This document shows positions 1 to 15,054 of a stretch of DNA of 64,000 bases, piece after piece. This stretch comes from Sphyrna mokarran. Lineage: Eukaryota. The notes beneath the pieces are model-generated. The model was not told the DNA's origin, did not search any database, and was given only the letters and a program-made list of their open reading frames with translations. Within the stretch, counting starts at the first letter, position 1. Each line of letters begins with the position of its first letter. The stretch covers positions 6,820,001 through 6,884,000 of the forward strand of contig JAGIQG010000011.1 of assembly GCA_024679065.1 (NCBI GenBank), read 5' to 3'. A program made the position numbers and the translations under genes.

Positions 1-1
1 G

Positions 2-208
<207 letters not shown>

Positions 209-3200
209 TTGCAGGGAAATGGAGGGAGGAGGAAGGAAGTCACTAAGTTATATAATATACATGTCTAACTACGGAAATTTTATAAATATATATATATAAA
301 TATATATATTTATTAAAACACTGGGTTACTATCTCAAAAAACAGAATATAAAACAGTTAAATGGAATGTTACAAAACCATTAAACTCCTGGGATGTGGTG
401 TCAGTAATATCAATTTCCTGTTTAATTTCCCATATTCAGGTGTTGCTGCAATCCTGGTTGTTAGTTACTGGGTAGAGGTTAACTGTACTCCACAGGTCCT
501 GGCTGTTTGATAGGGCTACACACCTTGCTGTAAAAGCTGTGCTGATACACAAAAGCTCAGGTTGCCTTCTGGTTGTGTTGGAGAACACCCAAAGTCTGAA
601 TCATCTCAGTATAAAGAAGGTCATCCTCATCATTGTTGTGCTTTGGCATTTTGCAGCACAGTTACAGCAATGTTTCTTTCATAAACAATTTTTAAATAAT
701 TGAATGTATACTTAATGGTTAATGTCTATCTCTCGAGTTTAATTATTTACCTTCTATGGTTGGACAGATTATAAAATGTACTAAATAAGTAAATGGGATT
801 TGTTTTGTGTGATATCTATAAGCTACACTGTGCCTGGAATGGACCAAATTCTTTATTACTAGACACAGGCAGTGGTCTATCTTATTTTGTTTACTTTTCT
901 TGCAGTGGGAGAAGTGTGCTGCTATTATCTCCACATCCAAAACATTGCACTAACTTTGGAAAGGTGAAGCGGCAACTGTCATTTTAATAAAAGCTCCCTC
1001 CTGTAGCACTTGGGTTGAGTTTATTGCGTTATAGGCAACAGAAGTTGTCCCTCCTTTCAATGTTTTCTATAGTACTCTCTTCTAAGGAGGACTGATGGCT
1101 TGACCAAGCTAGCCAGGTCATGTTGGAGGGAGACCTAAATCCTTCCTCGTACACTAGTCAGAAAGGTGAAGGGACTTGGATTGGTGGTAGGGAAAAAAGC
1201 AAAAACTACACCTTTCTGGCATTAGAAGTCACATCTTTAACTGTGGCCTTAGAAAGCAGGAAATATGATTTCCTGGTGGTGCCAGCCTGAAAAATAATAA
1301 ATCTAATACTAAGCACATTTTAGTTGGGCTTCAGTTAACTTAATGTCATTGGGCTAGTGAGGTAGCAGTCAGCCAGGGCTCTCCTACTCCTTCCTCACTA
1401 CCTGGCAAAACCTGCAGGAAACTGATTTTCGGCCATTTGAGTCCTTGAATGCAAGGAAGTGACCAGTGCCAATGAAGCAATGACACAAGAGGGAGTGCAA
1501 CATCCAGCAGTTTTTCATTTCACTTGTCCCTCAGAAACTTGAACTTTCCTGCCACTTCACCTTAAAAGTTAGGAAAGCCTTTAATGAGCTGAGATACTGC
1601 TTGGTATTCTCAGCCTCCCGTTATCAATTGCACCATCAGCAGTAGTGTAAGTTTAAAGCTTGGGTTGGACAGATGGTATTATCCACTAGTTAGAATTTCC
1701 TGTTTAATTCAGAATTATTAGCTCAGACAAGGGTATGACCAGGAAGAATCTGGAACTATCATTTCAAAATACAGTATGTTCATACAAAAACCAAATCTGT
1801 TATTGTACAAAAAGCAGTCACTTTGGATCTTATAGGGAAAAAATATTGTGTGTTAAATTACAACCATTTAATTGGTAAAGATTTTTTCTGTAATGCACCG
1901 AACTGTTGCCTTGTCAAACACTGGAATTGAATACTGCCTCATTTCCATATAATGTACAATAACATTGAATTTAAAATCTGGAACTATGAACTAGTCAATT
2001 TATGATATAAAATTGAGCTATTCAGATCAGCAGATCCCTGCAAATTCTGGTCTGGCTATGTGACCTCAGTTTGATCAGTTTTCTGATTATAAAAATGCAT
2101 GTATGAAAATGTAGTTATTTGATTGTAACTCTATATACTGTGATCCTGCCTCATCCAGCAAAACTGTATGCCCACCCATGCCAGTTACAGAACTACCTAG
2201 TATGTATGTGATAAAATGCAATGTGCAAAGATTACAGACAAACTTCAGCTAAAAGTCAGAGTAGGTCATGTGTATGAGTACAGATCACTCCACAACTGCT
2301 CTAAGTTGATATATGAGGAATAGCTCTTAGGTGAGTTACAAGCAGGAGCTTGACCACAATTAAACAGTCTCTCTGAAAGGACAGGACTAAGGCAGTAAGT
2401 CTAATTACAAATAACAATACCAATAGTCCCTAAAATAAACCTTATAAAACAAAATAATCAGTAATTTAGTGATCATTCTATCAGCCTTAAAATTAGTTTC
2501 CTATTGTTCACTACTATTTGTTGACTTATTATTTGTTTGTGTCTTCAGTTTTGGTTTATAAAGAAGCTCAGTGTAGAAAATCCTTCCCAATTTCAACTAG
2601 TTTGTGATGTTTGGGATAGCCTTCAAGTAGAAAAGCAGTTTGGTGTTTTTATGGAACAGCCATTATGAAAAGTGGATGGGCCTTCTGATAGCCTCCTTAC
2701 TGCACTAAAGACTGGAACACTCAACCCAGTGAAACGCTGGAAATATTTAAAAAGCTATACTACAAAAATAATTCAATTCACTGGATCAAACTAACAGGTG
2801 TATTATTGAGCCCTGTCTGTCTGTTTCAATACTTTTCTAAAGGTGACCTTTATAAAATATAAACTCTTCTCTCTACAAAGTGCAGTCTGTTTCCTTTTTT
2901 TTGTTTGTGTCATTACCTGGTTGGTTTCACGTTCTGTTGGTTAATCTTCAATTGTGGCCTCTATGCTAGCCATTAACTAGGCAATGGAGATCAATGCAAC
3001 TGCAATGCCTCCCTGCTCCTATCCTACCCCACATTTGGGAGTCTCCTGCTAGGCCACTATTCAAGTTCACGTGAACAGTAATGATGTAGATGAAATGGCA
3101 ATCCCCAGTAATTCTTTAATAAGCATAATCAGTGGCTGGCAGGAGGAATAAAGGAGCACAAATTGCCAAATAGATACACAGGGTACTTGTAATCCATCTG

Positions 3201-3590
3201 TATTTACACATCTACATACTGTGTAAAATTACACAATTCTATTAATCTTTATCCACAGACTATCTTCAATAATTAACACTCATAGAGATTTTCAGTGGTT
3301 ACTCCAGAGTTCCACCCAATCAAATCCATATTACTACAACTAATTGCATATATGAGAAACGCAGTTTGCATGTACAGTGTAAGCTTGTTTCATTAAGAGA
3401 CCATTATGTTGCAATGGCAAAGATGTACCTTCACAAAGGAGGAATATCACTAGTTTATTGATACTAGTAAAAAATGTTTTGTCAAAAAGAAAAAAAGTGG
3501 GATTTGAGCACTGGTTGAGTATTTGTATTTTCTGTTGAACAGTTGTCTGGAAACTGCCTCTTCTATTAAAAACAGTAATTTCTCAACATG
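209..3590 (+). other. ICA1L: Probable ICA1L 3' UTR (end uncertain)
   Basis: Largely repeat-free AT-rich sequence after the stop. Candidate poly(A) signals are AATAAA at 986-991 and ATTAAA at 3565-3570, the latter followed by a T-rich tract. Confidence 0.35.
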
Positions 3591-4199
3591 TGCTTAATAG
3601 TTTTATTTTCTTATTGAAATGCACCTTTATACAATCAAAACAAATCCTTGTTCCCAACGAGACACATTGTCATTTAATCTTAATTATCCAGTACCATTAT
3701 GATCTTTGTCACATTTTTATCTTCATTATCTTCAAATGGCCAATTCCATTGCCAGAGGTAAGCACCTTTAAAATTACCTGTAAAGTTTACATTTCATTTG
3801 GAAAAATCTCAGCAATAGTTAAAAAGGTTATTATTATATATACAAGTAGACAGTAGCTGTTATTAAGCTGCCAGCATCCTATGTGAAGAGTCACAGTCTG
3901 CCATCTTTGACAATCTCCATGCCAATTGATTTTATTTTCCAAGGGATCTTTATGGCCACCGTCTACAATCCATTCTTCGTTCCATTCCCACTTCTCTCAA
4001 CACTGAGGTAATGACGGCTGTGTTTTCTAAAGCTTACTTCAATCTCCAGCAATTCCTCACTTACATCGATTTTCCACATTCAGGTGTTCCTCAATTACAC
4101 CAATTCTGCTGCTTCATCTCAAATGTTAATTTATATGCTTTCATCTACTAAGATTAGGCACATCCTCCTACCACAAACTTTTCACTTAAGGCAGCAACT

Positions 4200-5150
4200 C
4201 CAATCAGTAACCGAATTCCAGATTTCCACTATTTCATGAAAAGGTGCTTCCAGATTTCACTCGATTAATTTTAAGAACATATCCTTTTGTTCTTTGATTG
4301 CCCCAAGTTTTTCCATCCTTCAACTGTCTCCAACAGATCACTCTCATTTAGAAAAGAATACAAAGCATTTGTGCAACTTGTCTTCTTCATGCTTTAACAT
4401 CTAAGCCCTATTTTCTTTCTGGTGAATATGTACTGCAACCCTTCCAATTGAATATACCCTTCCTGAAGTGCAAAGCAATATTGACCATGATATTTTTTGT
4501 ACCTAGCCCCTTGAGATAAAGACAAGCATTTTAGTTACCTTTTATTGCTGTCTACCCATAATGATTTGTGTACTAGGGGGCTCCCAAATCTTTTTATTCC
4601 TCTATAGGTACTAGTTTTTTTGCATTTAGAAAATAATGCAACTTATTTTCCAAGTCCAAAGTGTATGACCTTTCACTTCTCCATTTTTTGCCATAGTATT
4701 ATCCAATCATTTAATCTGTCCGTGTCTCTTTGCAACTTTATTTACTGTTCCTCCTCAATATCATCTGAAACTGTGTATAAACTGCAACTGTTAATAAATT
4801 TCATGAAAAAGTTGACATCCCAGAACAGATCGCTGATTAATGCCACTAGATATCATGTCAACCAGAGTACAAATGCCTCATCTTCACTATTTGCCACATA
4901 CTCTTGTGACTGGGATTGAAAATTGGTTATCTCCAATTCTACATGCTCTTTCGTGAGTAATCTCATCTGTGAAATCTTAGGGCTGAGTTGGATTGTGGTT
5001 GTTGTAGTTTCGATGGGCCAAATGACCTCTTTCTGCACTGTAGCGTTTCTATGATTATCCAATGCTTTTTAGAAGTTCATGTAACATTCATAAACACTCC
5101 TGTTTTGATCATGTTAATGACCTCAAAATTCAGCTAAATTATGCAGATGA
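4200..5150 (-). mobile_element. Heavily decayed CR1-type LINE fragments with a short SINE/LINE tail at ~4980-5055
   Basis: Patches resemble the minus-strand CR1 copies at 26475-29240 and 40005-41240. No intact ORF. Confidence 0.5.
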
Positions 5151-5299
5151 TTGCTTCAGGTCTGGATAAAAAGACAAAGCTAAACTAACACACTTGTTTA
5201 TTCTCTAAACCTAATAGTTTATGATAGACAAAGAATCTATGAATTTTGAAGTTTTAAGATCATTTGAAGCTTATACATAAAATGCACTATATTTTTTGA

Positions 5300-5620
5300 A
5301 TTTAATAATTGCATTCAGCAGCCACGAAAACCTACTGACTCCTTCATTGAGGAGCTGTAAGAATGGCTGAAGGCTGTGATTATGGTGACCTGAAATCTAT
5401 GCTAATTAGGGATCGAATCATTGTAGGAACTTTAAACAAAAGAAAATCAGTTAACCCTTTTACGAAAACCATCCAGCGTATCAAGAAATTTGAAACCCAT
5501 TTGCAGCACAGACCCATATTAAGGGGCAAAAACAAACCATGCTACCAAGTAATTCCCCACTATTCAGTTAGTGAAACAGTGATTCTTCCTTTGCCACACG
5601 AGGGCAGAAACTAACACAAA
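5300..5620 (+). mobile_element. Gypsy-type gag remnant
   Basis: ORF 5363-5614 starts AEGCDYGDLKSMLIRDRIIVG, matching the recalled C.YG.L....IRDRIV.G motif of Ty3/Gypsy gag. Confidence 0.6.
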
Positions 5621-5714
5621 GGAAATTGTATAATTCTCTTAACATTAGAGAATTACAGAATCCTAACTTTATACCTCTTTCTGCTCTTCCTGTTTTGCAT
5701 TGAGAGATTAGTTA

Positions 5715-6132
5715 AAACATATGGGATCTTGGGCTTCAGAAATGAAGACTTTGATCAGAATCTTCTAGCTGCATCGTGGTGAGATCTGCCCTGTATGATT
5801 TGATGGACGAGCCTGAAAAAGGATATTTTGTTTCCACTAGCTGCTACTGCCTTGGGGGGAATAGTATCACAATTTCAAGGTGATCAGCAAGAAAACTTAA
5901 AGTGAAATGAGAAACTTCTTTATTTCAGAGCTGTTGGGATTTGGGCACTGCCTGGGAGATTCCATAGAGGTTTCAAAAAAGAGCTGGCCAAATATTTGTA
6001 AGTCATGAATTTAGAGGGTTATTATCGATAGGGCTAGGGAATTGGGACTAGCTAGTCAGCTCTTTCTAGAGCTATTGAAGATGGGCTAAATGGCCTCTTT
6101 CTGTGCTGCGTGCTGTAAAATTCTATGATTCC
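5715..6132 (+). mobile_element. CR1 LINE 3' fragment
   Basis: Ends in the CR1-type tail gggctaaatggcctctttctgtgctg...ttctatgattc. Confidence 0.65.
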
Positions 6133-9100
6133 ATGCCTTGCATTTAACAAAGCCATGTTGGCTATCTCTGATCAGCTGCTATTTGTTCAAATCAGGGAGA
6201 ATCTTCTAGTAATTACTTGGCATTTTTATCCTGGCTTTCTTAAATAATGGCAAATCATTAGCAAACTTCAAATCTTAATTGCAAAATTCCTAAATCAAGT
6301 GAACTCAAAAGACTGTAAATAATATTTCTGCACTTGCCTCGCAGAGATCTTTTAACAGTCTGGGATGAAAACTATGAGGTCAGAAAGATTTACCTATTTA
6401 AATCAGTATTTTATCCCAGTGCCATATTATTAGATATAATGCCAATAAGGGATTTCGATTGCCAGCACCTATGCTCCATATAAACCCCATTCCATTTGAT
6501 GCTGGAGTTTAATGATCTTTAATACTATTTAAAACATCAGCAATTGCTCCAGAAGATACGTGCCCATTGATTTTCAGTCGCAATCATGGACAAGTTGCAG
6601 TTGTGTTTCTCCCGCTGCAACAGTCTAAATTCAATACACGCAAGTGAAGGACATACCTGTCTCTTCAATAGACTATTAGTCGATTTTGTGCTAAGAGCAA
6701 CCGAAGCTAACTTAAAAATGACAAAGAATCAGGCAGATTTATTTCCTGGCAATCCCACTCCTTTTTGTGATGCTGCTTGATTGCAAATTCGCAGAATATT
6801 TTATGTGGGGTTATACGAACGAATATGTGAGACCACTGCAGCAAAATCAAGGCTGTATCAAACATTTCTGGTTTTAGTGGAAACTTAAAATGTCTTAGAC
6901 ATGCCTTCAGTTATTTATCTCCCTGAAAATTAAAATCTCCCATTAGAACTGCCTTTGTCTTTACTAAATGTGTTTCTGAATCCTATATTCATGCATCCTT
7001 GCTGTCGGCACTTCCTACCAAATACAAACAAGTCAAGCCCAGATTTCCGATATTTCCATTCTATGATCTACCAATAAGTCAATTGCTTCTCAGTAGTAAA
7101 GGTAAATTGGCACACTTGCTCCAATACTTTTACCATGACCTTCTGGAGAAAGGAAAAAATCATGATCATGTGCTGTGGTCATTGGATGTTGATAGATTAG
7201 GATTCCCCACTTCTCACAAACTGTCATGTATGGAGAAAGGGAGCTGTAGCCTTGCCAGATGGGGATGATGTAAAGGCAAGGCACTTTCTGTAAGGAATGA
7301 AGTTAAAACAAAATAATAGTGCAAAACATAAGGATCTATTCAAAATGTTTGCCCTCAGTAGAAAACGTACAGCACTGGGACAGGAATGCAGTCATGTTTC
7401 AGTATAAATTAACATATTATTTGTCTCTAGCTGCCCGTGTGCAGACTGAGATACACTGCTTTGTCCCACTAACCTAATTTTTAGATTTAAGAGATGATAG
7501 CAATTAAATGAATACACAATATCTTCTGCTAATTATCCGCTTTACTTGTTTTATGTACGTTTCATGCAATACAAATGCAGTTTCCAGTTCAAAGATTGTA
7601 ATAATTGCATTTTTCAATTGTTAAGAGTGAATCCCAACAACTCCTAAACATTTGGTCAGCAGCATTAAACTAACAGAGTCACTGGATCTGCAAAATGTGG
7701 TCTCAGATCAGTAGAAGTAAGTGCTTAACACATAGACCCATCCCTCCCCTAGAAACAGAATTGTAAACTTACAACTTTCACAGTACTTTGGCCTCTTTCA
7801 AGGAAGCAACATGGTGGTTTACTTACATCTACTGATACCAGAAGTACCGAGTAATTTGTCAGTAACATTTCGTCACCCCACAAGAGGCAGCTCTCAGTCA
7901 ATGACCTCAATAACCAGAGTTCAGAACAGATCTGCTACAATCTCTGTTGGCTCTGGAACTGTGCCGGCCTAGCGATAAACACAACTAAATGCTGAACTTC
8001 TTGAATTTAAATATGATATAGCTGAGCCATTTATAAAGAGGAATGAGAAATTGGGAAATTCCAATCTTCCACCAGGAAGGAGGGAAAGGGAAGTGAGCCC
8101 CTAGAATGGCAGAAACAGTTTTAATGCAGGAGACACTATGAGTAAGAGAAACTGAAAGCTGTACTCTGTTAGCACCATGATCAACGTGAGGGTCAGACAA
8201 ATTGAAACGTATCTATGTAATGTGTGAATATACAACAGAACCTATCATAAATGATAAATCAGAAACGGGTAACACTTGAAACTACTTAAGTCAGAATCTG
8301 GAAAGGATTACTATACACATTAAATGTGATCTGGGAAACATGGAAAAATTGTAATTTAAATGAATGTTCAGGATACTAGAAGAATCTGATACTAGAAGAT
8401 TCTGGAAGAATACAGCTTGGGAATGAGTGTTACAGGATTGATGGATTTGGTTTGTAGCAACATGCTAGAGTGCAGAGAATCAGTTTATATATGAATAGTG
8501 AATTAATGAAAAACAAAAAAAAAATTCTTGAGAGCATCAGAAAAGATTGAACTGCAACAGCAGTGATCATAATAGATATCTGAATCCTAGAATCTGAGGG
8601 ACACAGTCGTCACCTTAAGTTGACAATTTCCAGCCAGGGGTCACTGGACAACAATCAGAATTGGGAATCCTGGCAATGTCCAAAAGTTAATTTTAACACC
8701 ATCACCATTGTACCGTCAACCGCAGACTCACTACAACCAGTTACCAGAATGCCCACAAAAATAGCTATTTTCATACAATTATAGGCTTTTGTTTGCACCA
8801 GTACTTAGCAATGAAGAACACCATGATGCAAGAAAAATCAATGCATTATCACTTGCCACAGATCTGAAGTTAATTACAAAGGAAGTCCAGATCTGTGTTA
8901 TAAAAAAATTCTTTCCCTAGCAAAGGTGGGGCAATGGTAGAAGGCAGGCCTCAGCACTTGAGATAGGGACAAAGGTAAGAGTTCCAATTCTTTATTATCT
9001 AGTGGGAAGCTAGCCACATGTCTCTGTCAAGTAAGGACAGGGTTTGTTGCCAATGGAATGGCCACTGGGGTCAAAGAGCTGGCCAGACATGTGAAAACGC

Positions 9101-9640
9101 CAATATTTGCTGTCCGGGTTCTTGCAACACCGGGGATTTGTTCAGGTACGAGGGTTAACGGAATTGGACCATAACAGTAGCCAGATCTTCTAGAAACATG
9201 AAGAGCAGGAAATGCATGAGAAGGAATCCTCTTTTTGGTGTCAACAAAACATAGATGTCATCACAGGATAACTTGAAGTCATTTTCCTAGCAACAAACAT
9301 CATCCTTTAAACAGGCCTCATTGTTTTGCTAGGGCTGCAATATTTGTAAAGTACTTTTTCATGGATCTTCAGACAAGAAAAACTTCTAACCAATTCCTAT
9401 TAGAATAGCCTTAGACTGGCTTGGAAGACAGTGATTCAGTCAAAACTTCATATTGAAAAGGTGCCCCTTGGACATTACCATTAAATAAATTAAGCTAACA
9501 AATTACTTGCAAAAGAAAACATTTTTAAATCCCAGTATAATTTCACAGGCAACAGCCACCTTTCTAGTGCCTAATGCAAGTAATCTGGCTATAATTGAAA
9601 TCATGCCTAGACAAATCTGCTTCTATTCTAATGTCTTTGT

Positions 9641-9713
9641 GGGCCAGTGGCACAACAGATAATATGTCTGACTACAGATTAGGAGATTCCAGATTTGAAT
9701 CCTGGCTGGATCA
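9641..9713 (+). pseudogene. tRNA-Arg(ACG) pseudogene
   Basis: 73 nt starting gggccagtggcacaacagataatatgtctgactacagatt. It aligns without gaps to the recalled vertebrate tRNA-Arg-ACG with about 14 mismatches, roughly half at CpG sites. Anticodon is ACG>ACA and the B box is damaged. Confidence 0.85.
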
Positions 9714-12700
9714 TTGTCAACAGTTCACAAACTCAATGTTATTGCTTTGCTTACCCTTGCTTAATACACATATTGCAAAGACACAAGAAAACATTTAGTA
9801 GCAGGCACCACATTCTGTCCCCACCCAAGAGTAACCTACACTTTCCCTAATTAAGATCAGAATGGAATATGATCCATGTATTTCATTAAATGCAACCTTT
9901 ACCACTCAAGCAGGTTTAAAACTGGAATTATGAGCTTGAAGGGAGAGGCTGCAACCTGTTGCTTATACTTCCATCTCCCAACCTCAGTTGTTCTATCAAA
10001 TGCAGGAAAAATCTTCTGATGAGGAAAAGGCAAGAAAATGAAGTGTAATACGAGGAAAAATAGAGAAAATGCAGAGATGTGGATAGAACCAATCACCTCT
10101 GGGCACTCAGTGACTGGATAAAGAGGCAAAGCACGAGGTCAACAATGAGCTAGAAATAGCACACTAAAAGACAAAAGAACCTTCACAATTGACTTAAGGT
10201 TTTTTAAAATAGGTTTTTTTTAGTCATTACAGTGATGTAATTAAATCCCTGGCCCAGTGAGAATATAGCTGCTCAAATTTTTAGGTGAAGCAGAAGTTTA
10301 TTCCTATGCTGGTGAACTTTTTGCAGACATTCAATTTGAGGAATAAAATATGAAAAGTTATTTTCTTTCTGCTAATGTGCTAGACCCAAATAATTGTCGA
10401 TTTGTTAGGGACACTTCAGTTAGATCAATGGAGTGCCAGAACACAGATTGGACAAAACTGCACAGAACTAATGAGTACAATTCAAGTACATTCATGATAG
10501 TGAAGTACTGTGACAGATCTTCAAGTGGTGCAAGGTGGTACAAAAATTCAAAGTCTTTCTTCTTAAAACTTTAAACATAGGTGTGCCCCACGTCAGGTCT
10601 ACAGATCCAGTGTCTCAAACATGTTAGTCTAATGTGTTAATTCAGTTGTTGCAGTAATAGTATTTAACGCTGATCTTGAAATCCAGTAGTATTTCTAGAC
10701 CTAGTACACAAAGCTCAGCATAAGAAAAGGGTTTAGAAAATAGACATTACATTTACTATATAACTTTTTTTTCAAACATACTAACAATTAAAACATTTTT
10801 CTTTACTCCAAATTTCTGAAAAATGTCAAAGCAATTTTAAGACATTTTAAATACCGAGAAAATTGACTGAATTAACCCAGCTTGGATAAGTAAAGGCCTC
10901 TTTCACATGAGAACATCACCTTAAATAATGAAAATGGGAAAGGTTCTATACTTTGCACTGCCCATCAATGGCTCTTGCCTCCATGCAATCCCCAAGTTGA
11001 GCTGGTCATTTGTAATTAGCCAAGAAGAGGTTTTGGTGGTGAAATATTGTAATAAAACGCTCAAGACTTGTGGTTGATTCTTCACGGTGTATACAAACAT
11101 TTCATAGAGCTTTCCATGCCAGATTGTAATGGTAGTTATCATAGATGATACTGCAAACATTTCACAATACACAACTACATCCATTATTTACTTATTTGGA
11201 ATGTTTTATCACTAATCAAATTGCAAAATCACAAACTGCAGAGAACAAGTTCCCTGACCACAAGAGTCAACAAAGTTGGTAGGAGCTTAGCAACAGTGAA
11301 CCTCACCAAACATTAGAAGTGCTTTCAATCTGCTTTGTATGGAGCACTGTGCACGTCAAAATGGTGCCTATCAGACACAGGTAACAGTGAATCAAGACAG
11401 TGTAACAATGGTAAAGAGTGAACACAACAAAACAGAAAATGAGGACAGGATTGCAAGGAATATTCAAATTGTCAATTTTTGATAAATATATTTTGCAACA
11501 AACAGGCAGAAAGGTAGTAGTGGAGCCATTGAGAGGTACCAACAGTGATATAGTAAATAACTAGGGGATGGCGAATATTCTAAAACAACATTTCTGTATT
11601 AAGAAAAGGAGAGCAGAGACAATCTACTCAGAATAAAAGCTATTTTCTTTGGGAAGGGGAAGAGGAAGCGACATGGGTTAATTATTTATGGAAATTGAAA
11701 TTGCAGATGCGTTGAAGTTAAAAGGCAAGGCACTAGACCTGATGAAATATATACAAGGGCACTTAAGTGGCTTGTGAAATTGGTCACATCTTTGCTACTA
11801 TTTTTTACGAGTGGGAATTGAATCCAAGGATTGGAAAATAGTTAGTCATTAGCTTTTAAAAAGGATTACATAGGGATACAGTGCCAATCCCAGGAGTCAC
11901 TGAGTCAGTAAAAGACACAGGGCAGTACACATTCCAAGTACTGAGTAAAATTCTGGCCACCATACTACAGCAACAATACCCATGCAACAAAGGCAGTGGA
12001 GAAGAGGTGGCCTTGGTTATTTAATACTTTGGTACATTTGATTGCTGATGTCATTTTAACTTGCTTTAATTCCTCAATTAACAGTGTGCACTGATTTCCT
12101 TTGGTGACCTGATCTGTTAGCAACATTTTTATAGCTTTTAATTAATAGTAAATGGCACCATCTTGGGCTCAATAATTGTGCAAAGCTGATTTCACAAGGC
12201 AATTAGTCCAAGGATTATTCCAACATAAAAACCTGCAACACACCACATTGTTTCCACAGTAGAACTCCCACCCCAATTCAATGTGTTGCTAACTCACATA
12301 CTCAAAACATCTTACTAATGAGAGGCTCCCTTTTTGATGTAGATCTACTAGGGCATCTGGAACCAAATACCTAGATGATATTCTCCAAATTCTTGACTCA
12401 TCATCCTGAAGGTTGTATAATAGGTGCTATTTTGAAGGTAAATCTCAAATTAGGAATCCCATATGTAAGGACTGCAAAGTTCTATTGATGTTTTTTATTT
12501 CTAAGGCTTTATGGTTATAATATATAAAAACACGTTTACTGCAATGGACTTGGCAATTGAGATCAATACTTCCTGAATGTAGGTAAAGGAACCCCTCTCC
12601 ATATTGCATGTCTGTCAGTAAGGTGCATTCAAGCTTTGAAACACAATAATGACAGCCCATGTGCTACACATGTGACCATTTATCAGTCACAGCAACTAGT

Positions 12701-14610
12701 GTTCAAACTGTCCTCTGAGCTAAACAAAAGCAGCAATAGATATGAAGCTCCTTCCTGTGGAAAAACTATCTCAAATTTCCAGAACCAGATCAACCTTGGA
12801 GTTGTCTTAAGACACAGTCGGACCTATTCCAGTATCTACCACCACTTGGCTCCTCAAGTCGCCCAATCAGAGATTACCCTCTGCCCCAACACTAACACCA
12901 CTACTTGTTAAACTAGATCATCTCTCACTGCATACACCTTTAACTATAACATGAACTCTACAAATCACGCCCTGTGAATTCTAGTACAAAAAATCAAATG
13001 GAGCAAAATCAGTACCTATTAACAGTGCCAATCCCTTTTTTCTAATAATGGAGTGAGATGTGTCCTTCATCAAACAACATGCAAACTTACATTTACAAAA
13101 ACTGGTCCTCACCATAACTTTTAAGAACAGGAATTGGTCATTCACCTCCCCATACCCATCCTCCCATTTAATTTAAAAACATTGGCCTGTACTTCAATTG
13201 CCTTTGCACTTACCTGGAAAAATGTCAACCCACATAATCTAAGTTGAGCCTAAATCTAATCATCTGAATAAGAAACAGCTAAGAAGCATATTGTGATTGA
13301 CAGGGAGGCAAGAGCAAGAGGGAATTTCTCGCATTCAGCTTTAGATTGCCCACATTTTGTAACCTTTATACACTACAGGTAACTTGAACACTACAATACA
13401 AAATATGCTGTTTGATTTGGTTCATTGAATAGAGAAACTGGTTAGTTTTCCCCACAGTGTGAGCACACTCCAATAGCTGAAAGAAGTGGTAGAAAGTGGG
13501 GAAGCAGAAGACATTCCGAGACTTCATAAAACTGCACATTTTGAAAAGCTATAAAGGCTTTCTCAGTACTCCAAGGATATATTGTGTATTATACAACACT
13601 AGAGTGATTGTTCACAGCCAGCTACAAAAAAGAAATTCAACCATCTTAAATTTTCAACCTTTGGACTTAAAATTGTGGTTGAACACAGACTAAAAAACAT
13701 TACAATTTCTGTAAGAATTCAGCAGATTTCAGACATGTATAAAATCTAGCAGTTTCAAACAAAAGCAAATACACCAAAGAAGGGCAATTAAAAGTAATTG
13801 GGACATGCAAAATACTACCCAGTAATACTGGACCACAAGCTCTGGTTGCACCAATGTGATGGTCAAGTAATTGGAGGATGAGAAATGGAAGAAGGGCTGA
13901 GGCAGTGAAAAGTTTTACTACTTATTCACTCACTATCACGTGGCTACTTGTAATAACACGGCCATAAGAGCAATACTCTACATAGTGGGATGACCAGTTT
14001 GAGAAATGTCCATTTTACCTTCTCATGTGAAATTGGCCAGAAATACAGCAAATGTACATGAGCACAAACAAAATGAGGAAAATTTCCTGAGAACAGAACT
14101 ACTTAGCACTCAAGTGTTGCACTAGTGTAAAGCAGGCTTTCACTTGCCTTCGATTAACTCAGAAATGTTAACCTTATATATATAATATATATATAATCTT
14201 TATTTAAATGTAAACAGAACAGGAACCATTAAAAGATATGGCTCCACAGAGGGGGAAAATAGTGACAACTGTAGTCCTTTCAAGTAAAGTTTTGTCCAAT
14301 CACCTTGTTCAAGTTTGTGCCCTTCCACAGATTATTCCTTAGTCCTTGTGCCTGTATGGGGGAACAATCCACAGACTTAAAATACAGTATGCCAAAAGTC
14401 ATGCACTATAGCAGAATCACTTCCCATTGTGAAAAGGTCAACATCCTACTAAAGGAAGGCTTTTATTTAAATGTTGCTGTTGGGTTGATTGGAAATCCCC
14501 TCCCCCTCCCTTTGCCTGTACCCTGGGCCTGGAACCTTATTGCCAAGTTGTAGAGCTGCAGATATGTGATGTTGCTGTAGGTCTCTCCAGCGAAGGCCTG
14601 CTTCACTGGC

Positions 14611-14926
14611 TCATTTCTCCAACTCATCTGTTTGTGCTGACTGCTGGTGTACTGAAGCCTGCAGGTGGCCCATGCAGGTTCCTCTTGAAATTCTATCTTG
14701 CTCCACATGCATTGGCAGAGGAATAGGTTGTGCCAGCGACACTGTGGGTATGACTGCTGCAGGGACAATGAGGCCATGATTGGAGCCCTTCAGTGTAAGA
14801 TCTTGCGTGGGCAGAAGTGGCTTCAGGATACTGACCAGACAGAAAGCAGAACCACTTTTTGGGATAAAGTTCACCTTATTTTTATCTGGACAGAAGAACG
14901 GAGGAATTTCATGCAGCTGCTTTGGT
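14611..14926 (-). CDS. FAM117B: FAM117B last coding exon
   Basis: Acceptor tatttccttgattctAG, AG at + 14927-14928. Reads PKQLHEIPPFFCPDKNKVNFIPKSGSAFCLVSILKPLLPTQDLTLKGS...DRISRGT...ELEK*, matching the recalled FAM117B C-terminus. Phase joins the preceding exon (TC|A = Ser). Confidence 0.95.
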
Positions 14927-15054
14927 CTAGAATCAAGGAAATACAGCATCAACAAAAGCAAACAAATTAAGTTTTACAACATTATCAAGATAATTGACAA
15001 GTTTCCCAGACACAACCAATTAGTTGCTAGCATAGTTTCCAAATTTAATTTTTC

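Noticed and set aside
280-312. (AT)n palindromic tract, with a similar one at ~14175-14197
   Set aside because: Ordinary low-complexity microsatellite in UTR-like sequence.
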